From positions 24,530-88,529 of the forward strand of contig JBAYUK010000002.1 in NCBI GenBank assembly GCA_041675145.1: DNA of 64,000 nt. Reading direction: 5' to 3'. The stretch comes from Patescibacteria group bacterium. GTDB taxonomy: Bacteria > Patescibacteriota > JACPGU01. Every line of letters begins with the position of its first letter. Position 1 is the first letter of the stretch. The translations under genes were made by a program, and so were the position numbers. This document shows positions 1-8,900 of the stretch, in pieces. The notes under the pieces were generated by a model, which saw only the letters and a list, made by a program, of their open reading frames with translations, had not been told where the DNA came from and searched no databases.

Positions 1-77
1 TGCAATATTACTATGCAATACTTGCTCATTTCTTGCTATGATAATTGTAACCCTAAAAACACACATACGCAAATACT

Positions 78-1700
78 ATGGTAACATCTGCTCCTATTCT
101 CCTACTCATTCTCGACGGTTTTGGTATTTCCCGTTTTAAAGAAGGAAACGCGTTAGCACAGGCAACAACTCCAAACCTAGATTTATTCTTCTCCTACTTT
201 CCGAAAACGACTCTAGCCCACTCAGGTCTGGCGGTTGGACTTCCACCTCGGGTGGTAGGCAACTCTGAGGTTGGACACAAGAGTATTGGATCAGGACGCA
301 TTGTCCCTCAGACACTGCAAACCATTAACGATGCACTGTTCTACGATCAGTGGTACCAAAATGAAGCATTTTTAAAAGCCGCTTCTCACGCAGAAAAAAA
401 CAAAAGCTCTATCCAGATTATTGGACTCTTGTCAGACGGAGGCGGGCATTCGCATATCGACCACTGCTTGGGAATTCTTAAACTCCTGAAAAGAAAAAAC
501 TGTACCAGACCTATTATTCTGCACTTGATTCTAGATGGACGAGATATGCCACCGCAAAGCGCTGTTCCCTATATTAAGGCTGTGCGTGCTGCCATTACAA
601 ACTATGGCTTTACAGACAACCAGGTACACTTTGGATCTATTGGTGGCAGGTACTTCGGTATGGATAGAAATTCCCACTGGGAAAGAATTGAGCAACACTT
701 TATGGCATTTACTGGAACAGGTACCAGCATCCCGGAATCAGATATAGAAAAGTACATTACTGACTCATACGCAAAAAATAGTAGCGACGAATTTGTCGTG
801 CCGGTAGCCTGTACAGGAAAAACAAAGAAAGAACGGTTTGGTATTACGAAAGGTGATTCAGTAGTCTTGTTTAACTTTAGACCAGACAGAATGCGCCAAC
901 TCCTCCATACCTTCGTGGACAAAAAGTTCCCACATTTCACCCGACCAGATCTTTCTGGTATTGCCATTACTACACTCACCGACTACGAGGCAGGAGTACA
1001 CTTTCCAAATGTTACCGTTGCCTTCCCCGAACCCGTACTAGACAACACGCTTGCTCATGTCCTGTCACAAAATAACCTGACTCAGCTCCATATCGCCGAG
1101 TCAGAAAAGAAGGCACATATCACCTACTTCTTAAACGGTGGCACAAGTACACCTGAGACAGGTGAAGACACAACCATTATTCCTTCTCCTTCTGTTGTTA
1201 CCTATGACCTCTCACCTGGCATGAAAACTCCTGAGATAGTGACTGAGGTCATTACACACATCACCGCTAAAAAATATGACTTCTATGCAATAAACATCGC
1301 GGCCACTGACATGGTAGCCCACACCGGAAATCTTGCAGCTGGCGTCAAGGCAGTGGAGATAGTAGACCGGGAACTGGGTCGGCTTTGGGAAATTGTCAAA
1401 AAAGAAAAGGGCATGATCATTCTTACTTCAGATCACGGTAATATCGAGGAGATGATTAACCCCGACACCAAAAGTAAAGATACGGAGCATAACATGAACC
1501 CGGTACCGTTCGTTATGATAGCTCCACAACTGATGCGCCAAAAGCCAGGAGAGATCAGTATTGAAACAATGGCCAAGAACCCCACCGGCACCTTAGCCGA
1601 CATTATGCCTACAATTTTAGAAGTCTATGGTATTCCCATGCCGGAGATGGAGGTGTATGCTGATCAAAAAGGAATCTCCCTTATCGGTCGCCTGCAATAG
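78..1700 (+). CDS. gpmI: 2,3-bisphosphoglycerate-independent phosphoglycerate mutase
   Basis: The 540-aa protein opens with 'LLLILDGFG...EVGHKSIGSGR' and has the iPGM alkaline-phosphatase-like core, including 'DHGN' near the C-terminus. Confidence 0.9.
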   Translation: MVTSAPILLLILDGFGISRFKEGNALAQATTPNLDLFFSYFPKTTLAHSGLAVGLPPRVVGNSEVGHKSIGSGRIVPQTLQTINDALFYDQWYQNEAFLKAASHAEKNKSSIQIIGLLSDGGGHSHIDHCLGILKLLKRKNCTRPIILHLILDGRDMPPQSAVPYIKAVRAAITNYGFTDNQVHFGSIGGRYFGMDRNSHWERIEQHFMAFTGTGTSIPESDIEKYITDSYAKNSSDEFVVPVACTGKTKKERFGITKGDSVVLFNFRPDRMRQLLHTFVDKKFPHFTRPDLSGIAITTLTDYEAGVHFPNVTVAFPEPVLDNTLAHVLSQNNLTQLHIAESEKKAHITYFLNGGTSTPETGEDTTIIPSPSVVTYDLSPGMKTPEIVTEVITHITAKKYDFYAINIAATDMVAHTGNLAAGVKAVEIVDRELGRLWEIVKKEKGMIILTSDHGNIEEMINPDTKSKDTEHNMNPVPFVMIAPQLMRQKPGEISIETMAKNPTGTLADIMPTILEVYGIPMPEMEVYADQKGISLIGRLQ

Positions 1701-1718
1701 AAACTAAATACAAAAAAT

Positions 1719-2480
1719 ATGTTTGATCTTAAAGGAAAGGTTGCACTCGTGACAGGAGCTAAAAATGGCATGGGTAAAACGCACGCCCTTATGCTCGCGC
1801 AGCAAGGCGCAACGGTTATCGTAACTAACCGAAAAGATTCATGTTCGGATGTCGTTACTGAAATTAAAAAAGCTGACGGTAAGGCAGAAGGATATGCGCT
1901 GGATGTCTCAAAATCTAAAGAAGTGAGTAGGGTATTTAGTACTGTTGCAAAAAAATATGGCGGTTTAGATATCCTCGTTAATAACGCTGGCATCTTTTAC
2001 CCTAAGCCAGCTCTTGATATAACAGAAAAGGACTGGGACCAGTTAATGAATATTAATTTAAAAGGTCAGTTTCTCTGTGCGCAGGCAGCGGCTAAAATAA
2101 TGGTAAAGAAACAGTACGGTAGGATTATTAATATCTCATCCATATCTTCAGGTGGTGTTGGTATTGGTGTAGGAGGTGGGTCTCACTACACTGCTTCAAA
2201 AGGAGGTATTATCGGCATGACAGAAGCACTGGCTCTCGAATGGGCACCGTATGGCATTACGGTTAACTCAGTAGCACCGGGGATCATAGACACCAAGATG
2301 AGTCGTAAGACTCGCATGACACCAAAACAATTCAAAGACTTTTTAGCCCATTATGTACCCCTTAACCGGATCGGGCGACCGGAAGAAGTTTCTGCTATGG
2401 TAGTATTCTTAGCTTCAGACGAGTCCAGCTATACCACCGGGGCTACTTTCTATGTAGATGGTGGCTTCTTGGCCGCATAA
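1719..2480 (+). CDS. short-chain dehydrogenase/reductase (FabG-like)
   Basis: Rossmann 'VTGAKNGMG', the 'NNAGI' motif, and catalytic 'YxASK' followed by the 'PGIIDT' motif. There is a Gly-rich insertion before the catalytic Tyr. Confidence 0.8.
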   Translation: MFDLKGKVALVTGAKNGMGKTHALMLAQQGATVIVTNRKDSCSDVVTEIKKADGKAEGYALDVSKSKEVSRVFSTVAKKYGGLDILVNNAGIFYPKPALDITEKDWDQLMNINLKGQFLCAQAAAKIMVKKQYGRIINISSISSGGVGIGVGGGSHYTASKGGIIGMTEALALEWAPYGITVNSVAPGIIDTKMSRKTRMTPKQFKDFLAHYVPLNRIGRPEEVSAMVVFLASDESSYTTGATFYVDGGFLAA

Positions 2481-2515
2481 ATCAGGAAAGAAAACTCAAT
2501 TCAAGCAAGATAAAA

Positions 2516-2543
2516 GTCAACACGAAAAGTGTTGACTTTTATT
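2516..2543 (+). terminator. rho-independent terminator
   Basis: Hairpin gtcaacac-gaaaa-gtgttgac followed by ttttatt, directly after the SDR gene. Confidence 0.6.
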
Positions 2544-2617
2544 CGTTTTTATGATATATTATATATATCTTCTGGTACAGCTCTTTCCAGAAGAAAAAAC
2601 ACTCGAGGAGGTAAAAA

Positions 2618-3073
2618 ATGAGCTCGCTTCTTAACAAAATCAAGGGACGTCACTCCCTTACCAACACCATCGCCATCGCCCTGATCGTTCTGGCCTTTGC
2701 TGGAGCCTGGATAGCCATTCCAGATCAGGATCAAGACATCATCTCCGGCATTCTGGGTCTTTTTGGCCTAAGCCTGACCGGCGGAGCCATCTACATGGCA
2801 ACATCTGCTTGGCGCAAAAGAAGCGTCATAGGATTCCGGAACCGAGCAAGCCTTTGGGCATTCATGCTTGGCATGATCTCATTGGGATTTGTTCTCTGGG
2901 CCGGCTTTGGCCTGGATGCCTTTCTGCCCGCAGGGCATGAAATGGCAGAGATCCCGCTTTTCCGGGGGATCCTCGGCGTTGCGCTGGTAGGCGCGATGGG
3001 TCTTGGACTCATCAGTATCGCAGTAGAAGAAAAGAGGGACAACCCACTTTTCCGAATCGGCGATGTCGCCTGA
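2618..3073 (+). CDS. hypothetical integral membrane protein
   Basis: 151 aa with 4-5 predicted hydrophobic helices. A strong GGAGG ribosome-binding site sits 6 nt upstream of the ATG. Confidence 0.6.
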   Translation: MSSLLNKIKGRHSLTNTIAIALIVLAFAGAWIAIPDQDQDIISGILGLFGLSLTGGAIYMATSAWRKRSVIGFRNRASLWAFMLGMISLGFVLWAGFGLDAFLPAGHEMAEIPLFRGILGVALVGAMGLGLISIAVEEKRDNPLFRIGDVA

Positions 3074-3105
3074 TTCAAATTTTCTCAAAATCGACCATAT
3101 GGTCG

Positions 3106-3128
3106 TACCCGCTTCGGCGGGTTTTTTC
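3106..3128. terminator. bidirectional terminator
   Basis: Hairpin acccgc-ttcg-gcgggt followed by tttttc, between two convergent genes. Confidence 0.6.
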
Positions 3129-3138
3129 TTGTCTAAAA

Positions 3139-4182
3139 TTACTTGATGTATTTCTTGAGGAACTTTGTCGCTTCCTCAGGGGCAATGGGATTGATAATCA
3201 TATCCGTTGCGTACTCAAATCCACCGTAAGTGGTAAGGCGGGGAGAGATACTGGTATACCATAAGAAACTTTTTGTAACTTCTTCTTTCTCTTGGTTTGA
3301 GACGAAGCGTATCGGAGGAGTTCTCACATACATATTGTAGTCAGGATTAAGCAGTCCTTTAAAGTAACCTGCTAGCACTTCTTGCAGTATCTGAGCATAC
3401 GAGAAGGCTTCATCTTCACTCAAGCTTTCAAAGTGTGAGCTCGTATTCTTTGGGATAATCATCACTTCAAAAGGAAAACGAGAAGCATACGGAGAGATAA
3501 CTACAAAGTGATTGTTCTGCTTTATTATTCTCCTACCCTCTTTGACTTCTTTTCTAAGTAGATCCTCTAGTATTTTACGGCCACTCTCCTTGTGGTAGGA
3601 AATGGCTTTTTCTACTTCAAGATCAAGGGTAGTGTTTTGAAGATGTGCATGAGCAAAGATTTGACTATGTGGGTGAGAAATAGACGCACCAGCCAGCGGC
3701 CCGTGGTTTTGGATGATAACAATACTACTAATCTTCTCGTCTTGTGTTAGAGCTCTATAGCGCTCCATATATACATGCACCACTTCAGAAACTTTAGCTA
3801 AACTCATCTGACCAAAGTCTTTTTTAGGATGACTAGTTATTACAATTTCATGATACCCATAAGCCGGAAGATTAGTTGTTTTACCTTTTACATCCTTCTT
3901 ATTGGGTAGCTTGCTCTTCTCAAAGACAGGGTACTTATTTGGAATAACGCGAACACTCCAGCCAGGAGTATTGGCCTTAGTGCTTTCCTTCCTTATGGCA
4001 AGTATCTCAGGAGGAGTACGTTTCTCATTACCTTCTAAGAAGAAATCCTTGGGTTGTGTTGTGCGAGTAGGTTCTTTTTTCTTTACAAAGTCTCCGGGTC
4101 TGTTTGACCTGCCTGGAGCGATAATCACCCACTGACCTGAGAGCTGATTGTAGCGGTATTGGTTTTGCATATATAAAAACAT
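3139..4182 (-). CDS. galT: galactose-1-phosphate uridylyltransferase (HIT superfamily)
   Basis: 'QWVIIAPGRSNRP' together with 'SHPHSQIFA' (HxHxQ) is the GalT signature. The ORF track extends the start to 4248, but that start lies inside a hairpin, so I moved it to the internal Met at 4182. Met 4170 is also possible. Confidence 0.7.
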   Translation of the reverse strand: MFLYMQNQYRYNQLSGQWVIIAPGRSNRPGDFVKKKEPTRTTQPKDFFLEGNEKRTPPEILAIRKESTKANTPGWSVRVIPNKYPVFEKSKLPNKKDVKGKTTNLPAYGYHEIVITSHPKKDFGQMSLAKVSEVVHVYMERYRALTQDEKISSIVIIQNHGPLAGASISHPHSQIFAHAHLQNTTLDLEVEKAISYHKESGRKILEDLLRKEVKEGRRIIKQNNHFVVISPYASRFPFEVMIIPKNTSSHFESLSEDEAFSYAQILQEVLAGYFKGLLNPDYNMYVRTPPIRFVSNQEKEEVTKSFLWYTSISPRLTTYGGFEYATDMIINPIAPEEATKFLKKYIK

Positions 4183-4213
4183 TGATTTTTCTATTGATAC
4201 GTGTATAATACAA

Positions 4214-4648
4214 TCATAAACGGCTTCGGCCTCCGAGATCCCGCCCATGTGGCGGGATCGTCTGTTCTAAAAGACCCTTAAAGCTGTGATCTAAACTTAC
4301 ATACTCCTCTTTTGATAGGGACCTTATCTTTCTCAACAACCTTTTTGCATCGTACAATCTAATCTGCGATAGGATAACTGAGAAGTCCTTACTATCTACT
4401 GTGTAGTTAAAGTAAAATTTTCCTTCTTTCTTTATAGAGGTTATCGGAATTCCAAGAAACACTTCTTTATTAAACTTTCTAAATACTACTACCGGTCTTT
4501 CGAATAGATCATTTTTTCCATCTTCTTCTATACCTATATTGCTACCAATGGCACACCACCATATTTCTCCTTCATGGAAGAATACTCGAGACTTTTTCTG
4601 ATCTAAAACCTTTTTATGCGAATGCCATTTTTCATAGTCTCTATCCAT
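4214..4648 (-). CDS. PemK/MazF-family mRNA interferase-like toxin (orphan)
   Basis: 'GEIWWCAIGSNIGIEEDGKNDLFERPVVVF...GIPITS...SVILSQIRLYDAKRL' follows the MazF/EndoA (YdcE) fold pattern. No antitoxin ORF is adjacent. Confidence 0.55.
   Translation of the reverse strand: MDRDYEKWHSHKKVLDQKKSRVFFHEGEIWWCAIGSNIGIEEDGKNDLFERPVVVFRKFNKEVFLGIPITSIKKEGKFYFNYTVDSKDFSVILSQIRLYDAKRLLRKIRSLSKEEYVSLDHSFKGLLEQTIPPHGRDLGGRSRL
4236..4258. other. perfect hairpin gatcccgcc-catgt-ggcgggatc
   Basis: A 9-bp stem with a 5-nt loop. It overlaps the last codons of the PemK-like ORF and the annotated ATG of the galT ORF. Confidence 0.5.
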
Positions 4649-4708
4649 ATATAATGATTATAGGATATAAACTACATAACGATAAGATATATTTGCTATA
4701 ATAAAACC

Positions 4709-5440
4709 ATGCCAGAAGAACTAGTACGACTCTCAAAACTTATGACTGAGCGAGGCCTTGCCTCACGCCGTGAAGCGGATATGTATATAGCTGCGGGTTC
4801 AGTGTATGTTGACGGTATCAAAGTGGATGTACTGGGGACGAAAGTTTCACCTTCATCTATTATTACATTGGATACTGATGCGAAACAGGACCAGCAACGG
4901 CTCGTAACGATTATTTTAAATAAACCAGTAGGGTATGTTTCAACGCAGCCTGAAAAGGGATATAAAGAAGCCATACAACTGATCACACCAGAGAATCAGT
5001 GGGGAAGTTCGACCCGAAGACTCACACCTGAAAACATGCAGGGGCTGTCGGTATGCGGAAGGCTCGACATCGAATCTCAGGGTGTACTTCTCCTCACCCA
5101 AGACGGGCGGATTGCCAAACAAATCATTGGCGAGAACTCTGACCTAGAAAAAGAATATATTGTACGTGTCGAAGGAGAACTCCCTGAGAACAAGATGAAG
5201 ATGTTGCAATACGGACTTATGTTGGATGGAAAAATTTTGCGCCCAGCAGTTGTTGAGTGGATCAATGAAGATCAATTGCGTTTTATCTTAAAAGAAGGAA
5301 AAAAACGCCAAATCCGGCGCATGTGTGAAATGGTAGGACTCAAAGTCACCGGTCTTAAACGCGTGCGTATCGGCAACCTGCGTCTGGGCAACTTACCTGA
5401 AGGGAAGTGGCGCTTTATGGAAGCAACGGAAAGCTTATAA
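4709..5440 (+). CDS. rRNA pseudouridine synthase (RsuA/RluB family, S4 domain)
   Basis: N-terminal S4 region '[20 protein letters not shown]', then '[17 protein letters not shown]' with the catalytic Asp motif. Confidence 0.85.
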   Translation: MPEELVRLSKLMTERGLASRREADMYIAAGSVYVDGIKVDVLGTKVSPSSIITLDTDAKQDQQRLVTIILNKPVGYVSTQPEKGYKEAIQLITPENQWGSSTRRLTPENMQGLSVCGRLDIESQGVLLLTQDGRIAKQIIGENSDLEKEYIVRVEGELPENKMKMLQYGLMLDGKILRPAVVEWINEDQLRFILKEGKKRQIRRMCEMVGLKVTGLKRVRIGNLRLGNLPEGKWRFMEATESL

Positions 5441-5455
5441 TATAATTGAAAAACT

Positions 5456-6913
5456 ATGAACGAGAGTTATAAGCCGCCGGCACAAGAAGCTATTAATACG
5501 ACAACTAAAAAAGTTGATACTATTCATCCACCAGAGAATAATGCTGCCTCTGTCTATAGTGCTAAAAAAGAACGAGCAGCACTACAAAACGAAAAAGAAA
5601 TTGCAACAACTAGAATATTGATAAAAAATGAAATGCCAAATACTGGAAATCTAGAACTCAAAGAAAGAGCACTAGATTTCTTTGAGAACGAATTAACAGG
5701 AGAAAAACTCATCCCTACCCCCCAGAAGAAAGAGTGTGAGATTGCCTGTGTCGTTCCAGTCTACAACGAAGATAAAGAAAGAGTTATCAAGCAGCTGGAA
5801 TCTTTTATTGGACAAAAAAATATCAGCAAAGACCAATTTGAAGCAATTTACATAATCAACAACGACCCTAACTCACCCGACGAAGTAAAAAGAAAGAATA
5901 AAGAGATTCTGGGTCTACCGATCTGGAGAAACCGTCAGGCCAACGAAGATGGACTGGATGAAGAAACAAAAAATAAATACGCGGATATTCGCGAACACCT
6001 CAATTTGTTTGCTATAGATAAATCGACAGAAGGCAACGCCACCCCAGATAATAATGTTGGCCGTGCCCGCAACCGAGGACTAGCTGAAGCAAGCTATCGT
6101 TTTTATAATCAGGACAAAAACGGCATTGTTTTTCAAACTGACGCCGATAGCTATCTAGAGGACCCAGAGTTTTTTAGCAATATTATAAAGGAATTCAAAA
6201 ACACACCAGATGCCATTGGTATTGTGGGTGGGCTAGAACACGCGATAGATTTTGACGAGAAAGACCCAGTAAAACTAGCAGAACTAAGAAAGAAACTAGA
6301 TATTTTTGCACTGGAAAGAAAATATACCAGTTTGCGTAAATTTAAAGACAAGCTAGACGACAATCAAGAAGAGAGATTAAAAATTCCACAAAACGAAGAA
6401 AACGAGAACGCGATGCTAATCAAAACTCCGTACAGCGGAGCAAACATGATCAGCCGTAGTCTTGAAAGCGCAGTTGTCCAAGGCTTCCCGGATATCAGCG
6501 CCGGTGAAGACCCAGCCTTTTCAGAGAGACTATACAAGCTCACTGAGTCTAGAAATAAAATAATGATAGACAGAAAAGAAGAAAAAGATAAGGAGAAGCA
6601 GTTTAATGTAACCACAGTAATGCGCGAATCAGATAGAACACCGTCTGGCTTTGGAAGAATTTTTGAGAACATCAAACTAGATGAAGCTATACCGGTAAAG
6701 GATTTTAAAGACCGCAAAGTACATAATGTCACCCTTAGTGAATATAATCAGCTATACCAAGAACTAAAAGAAGAGTTACTAGGTGGGAACAAGTATAGTA
6801 AAAACGACCAGGAACTTACTCGCGACTGGATAAAGTTCATAGAAGAAACAGCCGACAGATTAGTTCGTGATTACGACCAACGCGCACTTGATAAATCAAA
6901 GGCGACAAACTAG
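5456..6913 (+). CDS. GT-A/GT2-like glycosyltransferase with K/E-rich low-complexity extensions
   Basis: 'ACVVPVYNEDKE' resembles a GT2 N-terminus, and 'FQTDADSYLED' supplies a DxD motif. The long charged, low-complexity tails are not typical of GT2 enzymes. Confidence 0.45.
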   Translation: MNESYKPPAQEAINTTTKKVDTIHPPENNAASVYSAKKERAALQNEKEIATTRILIKNEMPNTGNLELKERALDFFENELTGEKLIPTPQKKECEIACVVPVYNEDKERVIKQLESFIGQKNISKDQFEAIYIINNDPNSPDEVKRKNKEILGLPIWRNRQANEDGLDEETKNKYADIREHLNLFAIDKSTEGNATPDNNVGRARNRGLAEASYRFYNQDKNGIVFQTDADSYLEDPEFFSNIIKEFKNTPDAIGIVGGLEHAIDFDEKDPVKLAELRKKLDIFALERKYTSLRKFKDKLDDNQEERLKIPQNEENENAMLIKTPYSGANMISRSLESAVVQGFPDISAGEDPAFSERLYKLTESRNKIMIDRKEEKDKEKQFNVTTVMRESDRTPSGFGRIFENIKLDEAIPVKDFKDRKVHNVTLSEYNQLYQELKEELLGGNKYSKNDQELTRDWIKFIEETADRLVRDYDQRALDKSKATN

Positions 6914-7401
6914 ATCTTTTTCTCGACATAGACCTTCGCACTATTGATATGCGTGATAGCCACCGCTAGTGCGTCTGCCACATCGTCAGGCTTTGGAACT
7001 TCAGTGAGCCCTAGAATCATCTTCACCATCATTTGAATCTGTGACTTCTCGGCTTTACCGTACCCGGTCAGGCCCATCTTTATTTGAAGTGGGGTGTATT
7101 CGAATATCTCGAGTCCTGCTTGCTTACAAGCAAGTATCACTACTCCTCGTGCTTCTGAAACCGTCATAGCGGTGGTTACATTTTTTATAAAAAAGAGTTT
7201 TTCAATCGCTAAGACCTGGGGCTTCTCCTGCCCTATAATTCTAGTTAATTCATCAAAAATATATACCAAGCGCTCCCCATGGTTTTGTTTTGGGACAGTT
7301 GTAATACAGCCATAACTTGAAGCCTTTACTTTGCCGGCTTGGCTTTCTATTACTCCCCATCCGAGGCGCTGCGTTCCAGGATCTATACCGAGTATTCTCA
7401 T
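6910..7401 (-). CDS. ruvC: crossover junction endodeoxyribonuclease RuvC
   Basis: 'MRILGIDPGTQRLGWGVIE' is the RuvC N-terminus. The gene lies next to yebC in the conserved order. Confidence 0.9.
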   Translation of the reverse strand: MRILGIDPGTQRLGWGVIESQAGKVKASSYGCITTVPKQNHGERLVYIFDELTRIIGQEKPQVLAIEKLFFIKNVTTAMTVSEARGVVILACKQAGLEIFEYTPLQIKMGLTGYGKAEKSQIQMMVKMILGLTEVPKPDDVADALAVAITHINSAKVYVEKKI

Positions 7402-8168
7402 AGGTAGTTTGTAAGAATCAGGAAGGCAACAATAAAGGTCAGATTAAGCGCCATAATACCTGCTTGCACGCGAGTATCTGCCACTATTTTGGTTACTTTC
7501 TCAAAGCGCTTGTTGGTAAAGTACCCAGTTACCTGTTGCTTAAACCCAATCTGGGTAATTGCTGCAAAGGTAAGTGAGTTACCGCGAGCAATCAACCACA
7601 GGGTAGGGTTGTGTACTGCAAGAATAAAAATAAGCGGAGAAGACAGTACTAAAACATGGAACAAGCTAATAGCCCGGCTAAACTGGCCGTAGACAAAGTT
7701 CCAATTCCAAATAGTGTAGGCTAAAATCCAAAAGATGACGGCTGCTGGTAAGACCGTGTAGTAGGTGCCATTCCAGCCCAGATTAATTGCCCAGGTAGAG
7801 ACAATCAAAGCAATACCGGTTACCATATTGAAGTACCGTTTGTTGATCAGGTCCTTCATAGTTGCTTCAAAGATATTAATACGAAGGAGCCAGATAATAG
7901 CTATGAAAATAAATTCTGGCGAGATAAAGTGCACACAAGCCAGCACCACCACAATCCTCCCGAGCGTTAGTGTCACCAGCTTTATCTTCTCAAAAGCATC
8001 TCCTTTAAAGAATACTAATACTACAGGAATAAGTATGAGAATAGGTAGGGCTACAAATAGAGGAAAGTAAACCGCCAGAGCTGAAACAACTGTAACGAGA
8101 ATTAGGTATAGAAAAGATCCGAGGGACTGGGGGATACTGAGTAATAAGTTGTTTTTTGTTTGTGACAT
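7398..8168 (-). CDS. hypothetical polytopic membrane protein
   Basis: Many hydrophobic helices. I trimmed the start to the Met at 8168 to avoid overlap with yebC. It overlaps ruvC by 4 nt. Confidence 0.5.
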   Translation of the reverse strand: MSQTKNNLLLSIPQSLGSFLYLILVTVVSALAVYFPLFVALPILILIPVVLVFFKGDAFEKIKLVTLTLGRIVVVLACVHFISPEFIFIAIIWLLRINIFEATMKDLINKRYFNMVTGIALIVSTWAINLGWNGTYYTVLPAAVIFWILAYTIWNWNFVYGQFSRAISLFHVLVLSSPLIFILAVHNPTLWLIARGNSLTFAAITQIGFKQQVTGYFTNKRFEKVTKIVADTRVQAGIMALNLTFIVAFLILTNYL

Positions 8169-8172
8169 ACAG

Positions 8173-8895
8173 TTATATAAGGTTGGTATAGACAGCATCC
8201 ACATCATCGTATTCGTCGAGCTCTTCAAGCATTGAAACTGCCGTATCAAGTACTTCACCCTCAAGAGTAGTGGTGCTTTTTGGTTCCTGAGTAAACCTGG
8301 CTTCGGTCACGTCATATCCCATGCCGGCAAGGTGGGACCGAACCGCCATAAGATCACTTGGTGTCGTATAAACTAGAAACTCCCCATCACTTTCTACAAT
8401 ATCCACTACACCCGATGCGTCCATAATCTTGAGGATCTGTTCGTCTGTTTTAGTACTATCCAAAACCAAACACTCTATCATCCCTCTGTGCTCAAAGTTC
8501 CAGGCACTACTGCCAGGTCCACCCATTACTCCACCATTTTTTGTGAAAATATGTTTAACATCTGAAGCGGTACGATTCTTATTATTCGTCCGTGCCTCAA
8601 CGATGACATCAATACCGCCAGGGCCTTTTCCTTCATAGGTAATAGCAGTAAGGTTCGCTGCTTCCCCAATTCCTGCTCCCCGGTTAATGGCACGAGTGAC
8701 GTTGTCTTTAGGCATACCCGCTTCACGGGCTTTTTCTAGCATGGTTTTCAAACGCGCGTTTGTGGCCGCATCTACCCCGCCCTCTTTAGCAGCGGTTGCA
8801 ATATCTCGGGACAGCTTTGTAAAGAGCGTTGCTCGACGCTTATCTTGTACTCCCTTACGAGCCTGAATGTTATGCCACTTACTATGTCCTGCCAT
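8173..8895 (-). CDS. yebC: YebC/PmpR family DNA-binding regulator
   Basis: 'MAGHSKWHNIQARKG' is the family N-terminus. Length is 240 aa. Confidence 0.9.
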   Translation of the reverse strand: MAGHSKWHNIQARKGVQDKRRATLFTKLSRDIATAAKEGGVDAATNARLKTMLEKAREAGMPKDNVTRAINRGAGIGEAANLTAITYEGKGPGGIDVIVEARTNNKNRTASDVKHIFTKNGGVMGGPGSSAWNFEHRGMIECLVLDSTKTDEQILKIMDASGVVDIVESDGEFLVYTTPSDLMAVRSHLAGMGYDVTEARFTQEPKSTTTLEGEVLDTAVSMLEELDEYDDVDAVYTNLI

Positions 8896-8900
8896 GATGT

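Noticed and set aside
602-979. Antisense or alternative-frame ORFs inside real genes (e.g. 602-979, 13815-14297, 26468-26692, 36366-36878, 56711-57214, 61152-61679)
   Set aside because: They lie within long, motif-supported genes on the opposite strand or in another frame. They are low-complexity translations with no start context.
2120-2220. Gly-rich insertion in the SDR as a separate feature or frameshift
   Set aside because: The reading frame is continuous and the catalytic Ser, Tyr and Lys remain correctly ordered. It is most likely a lineage-specific loop.
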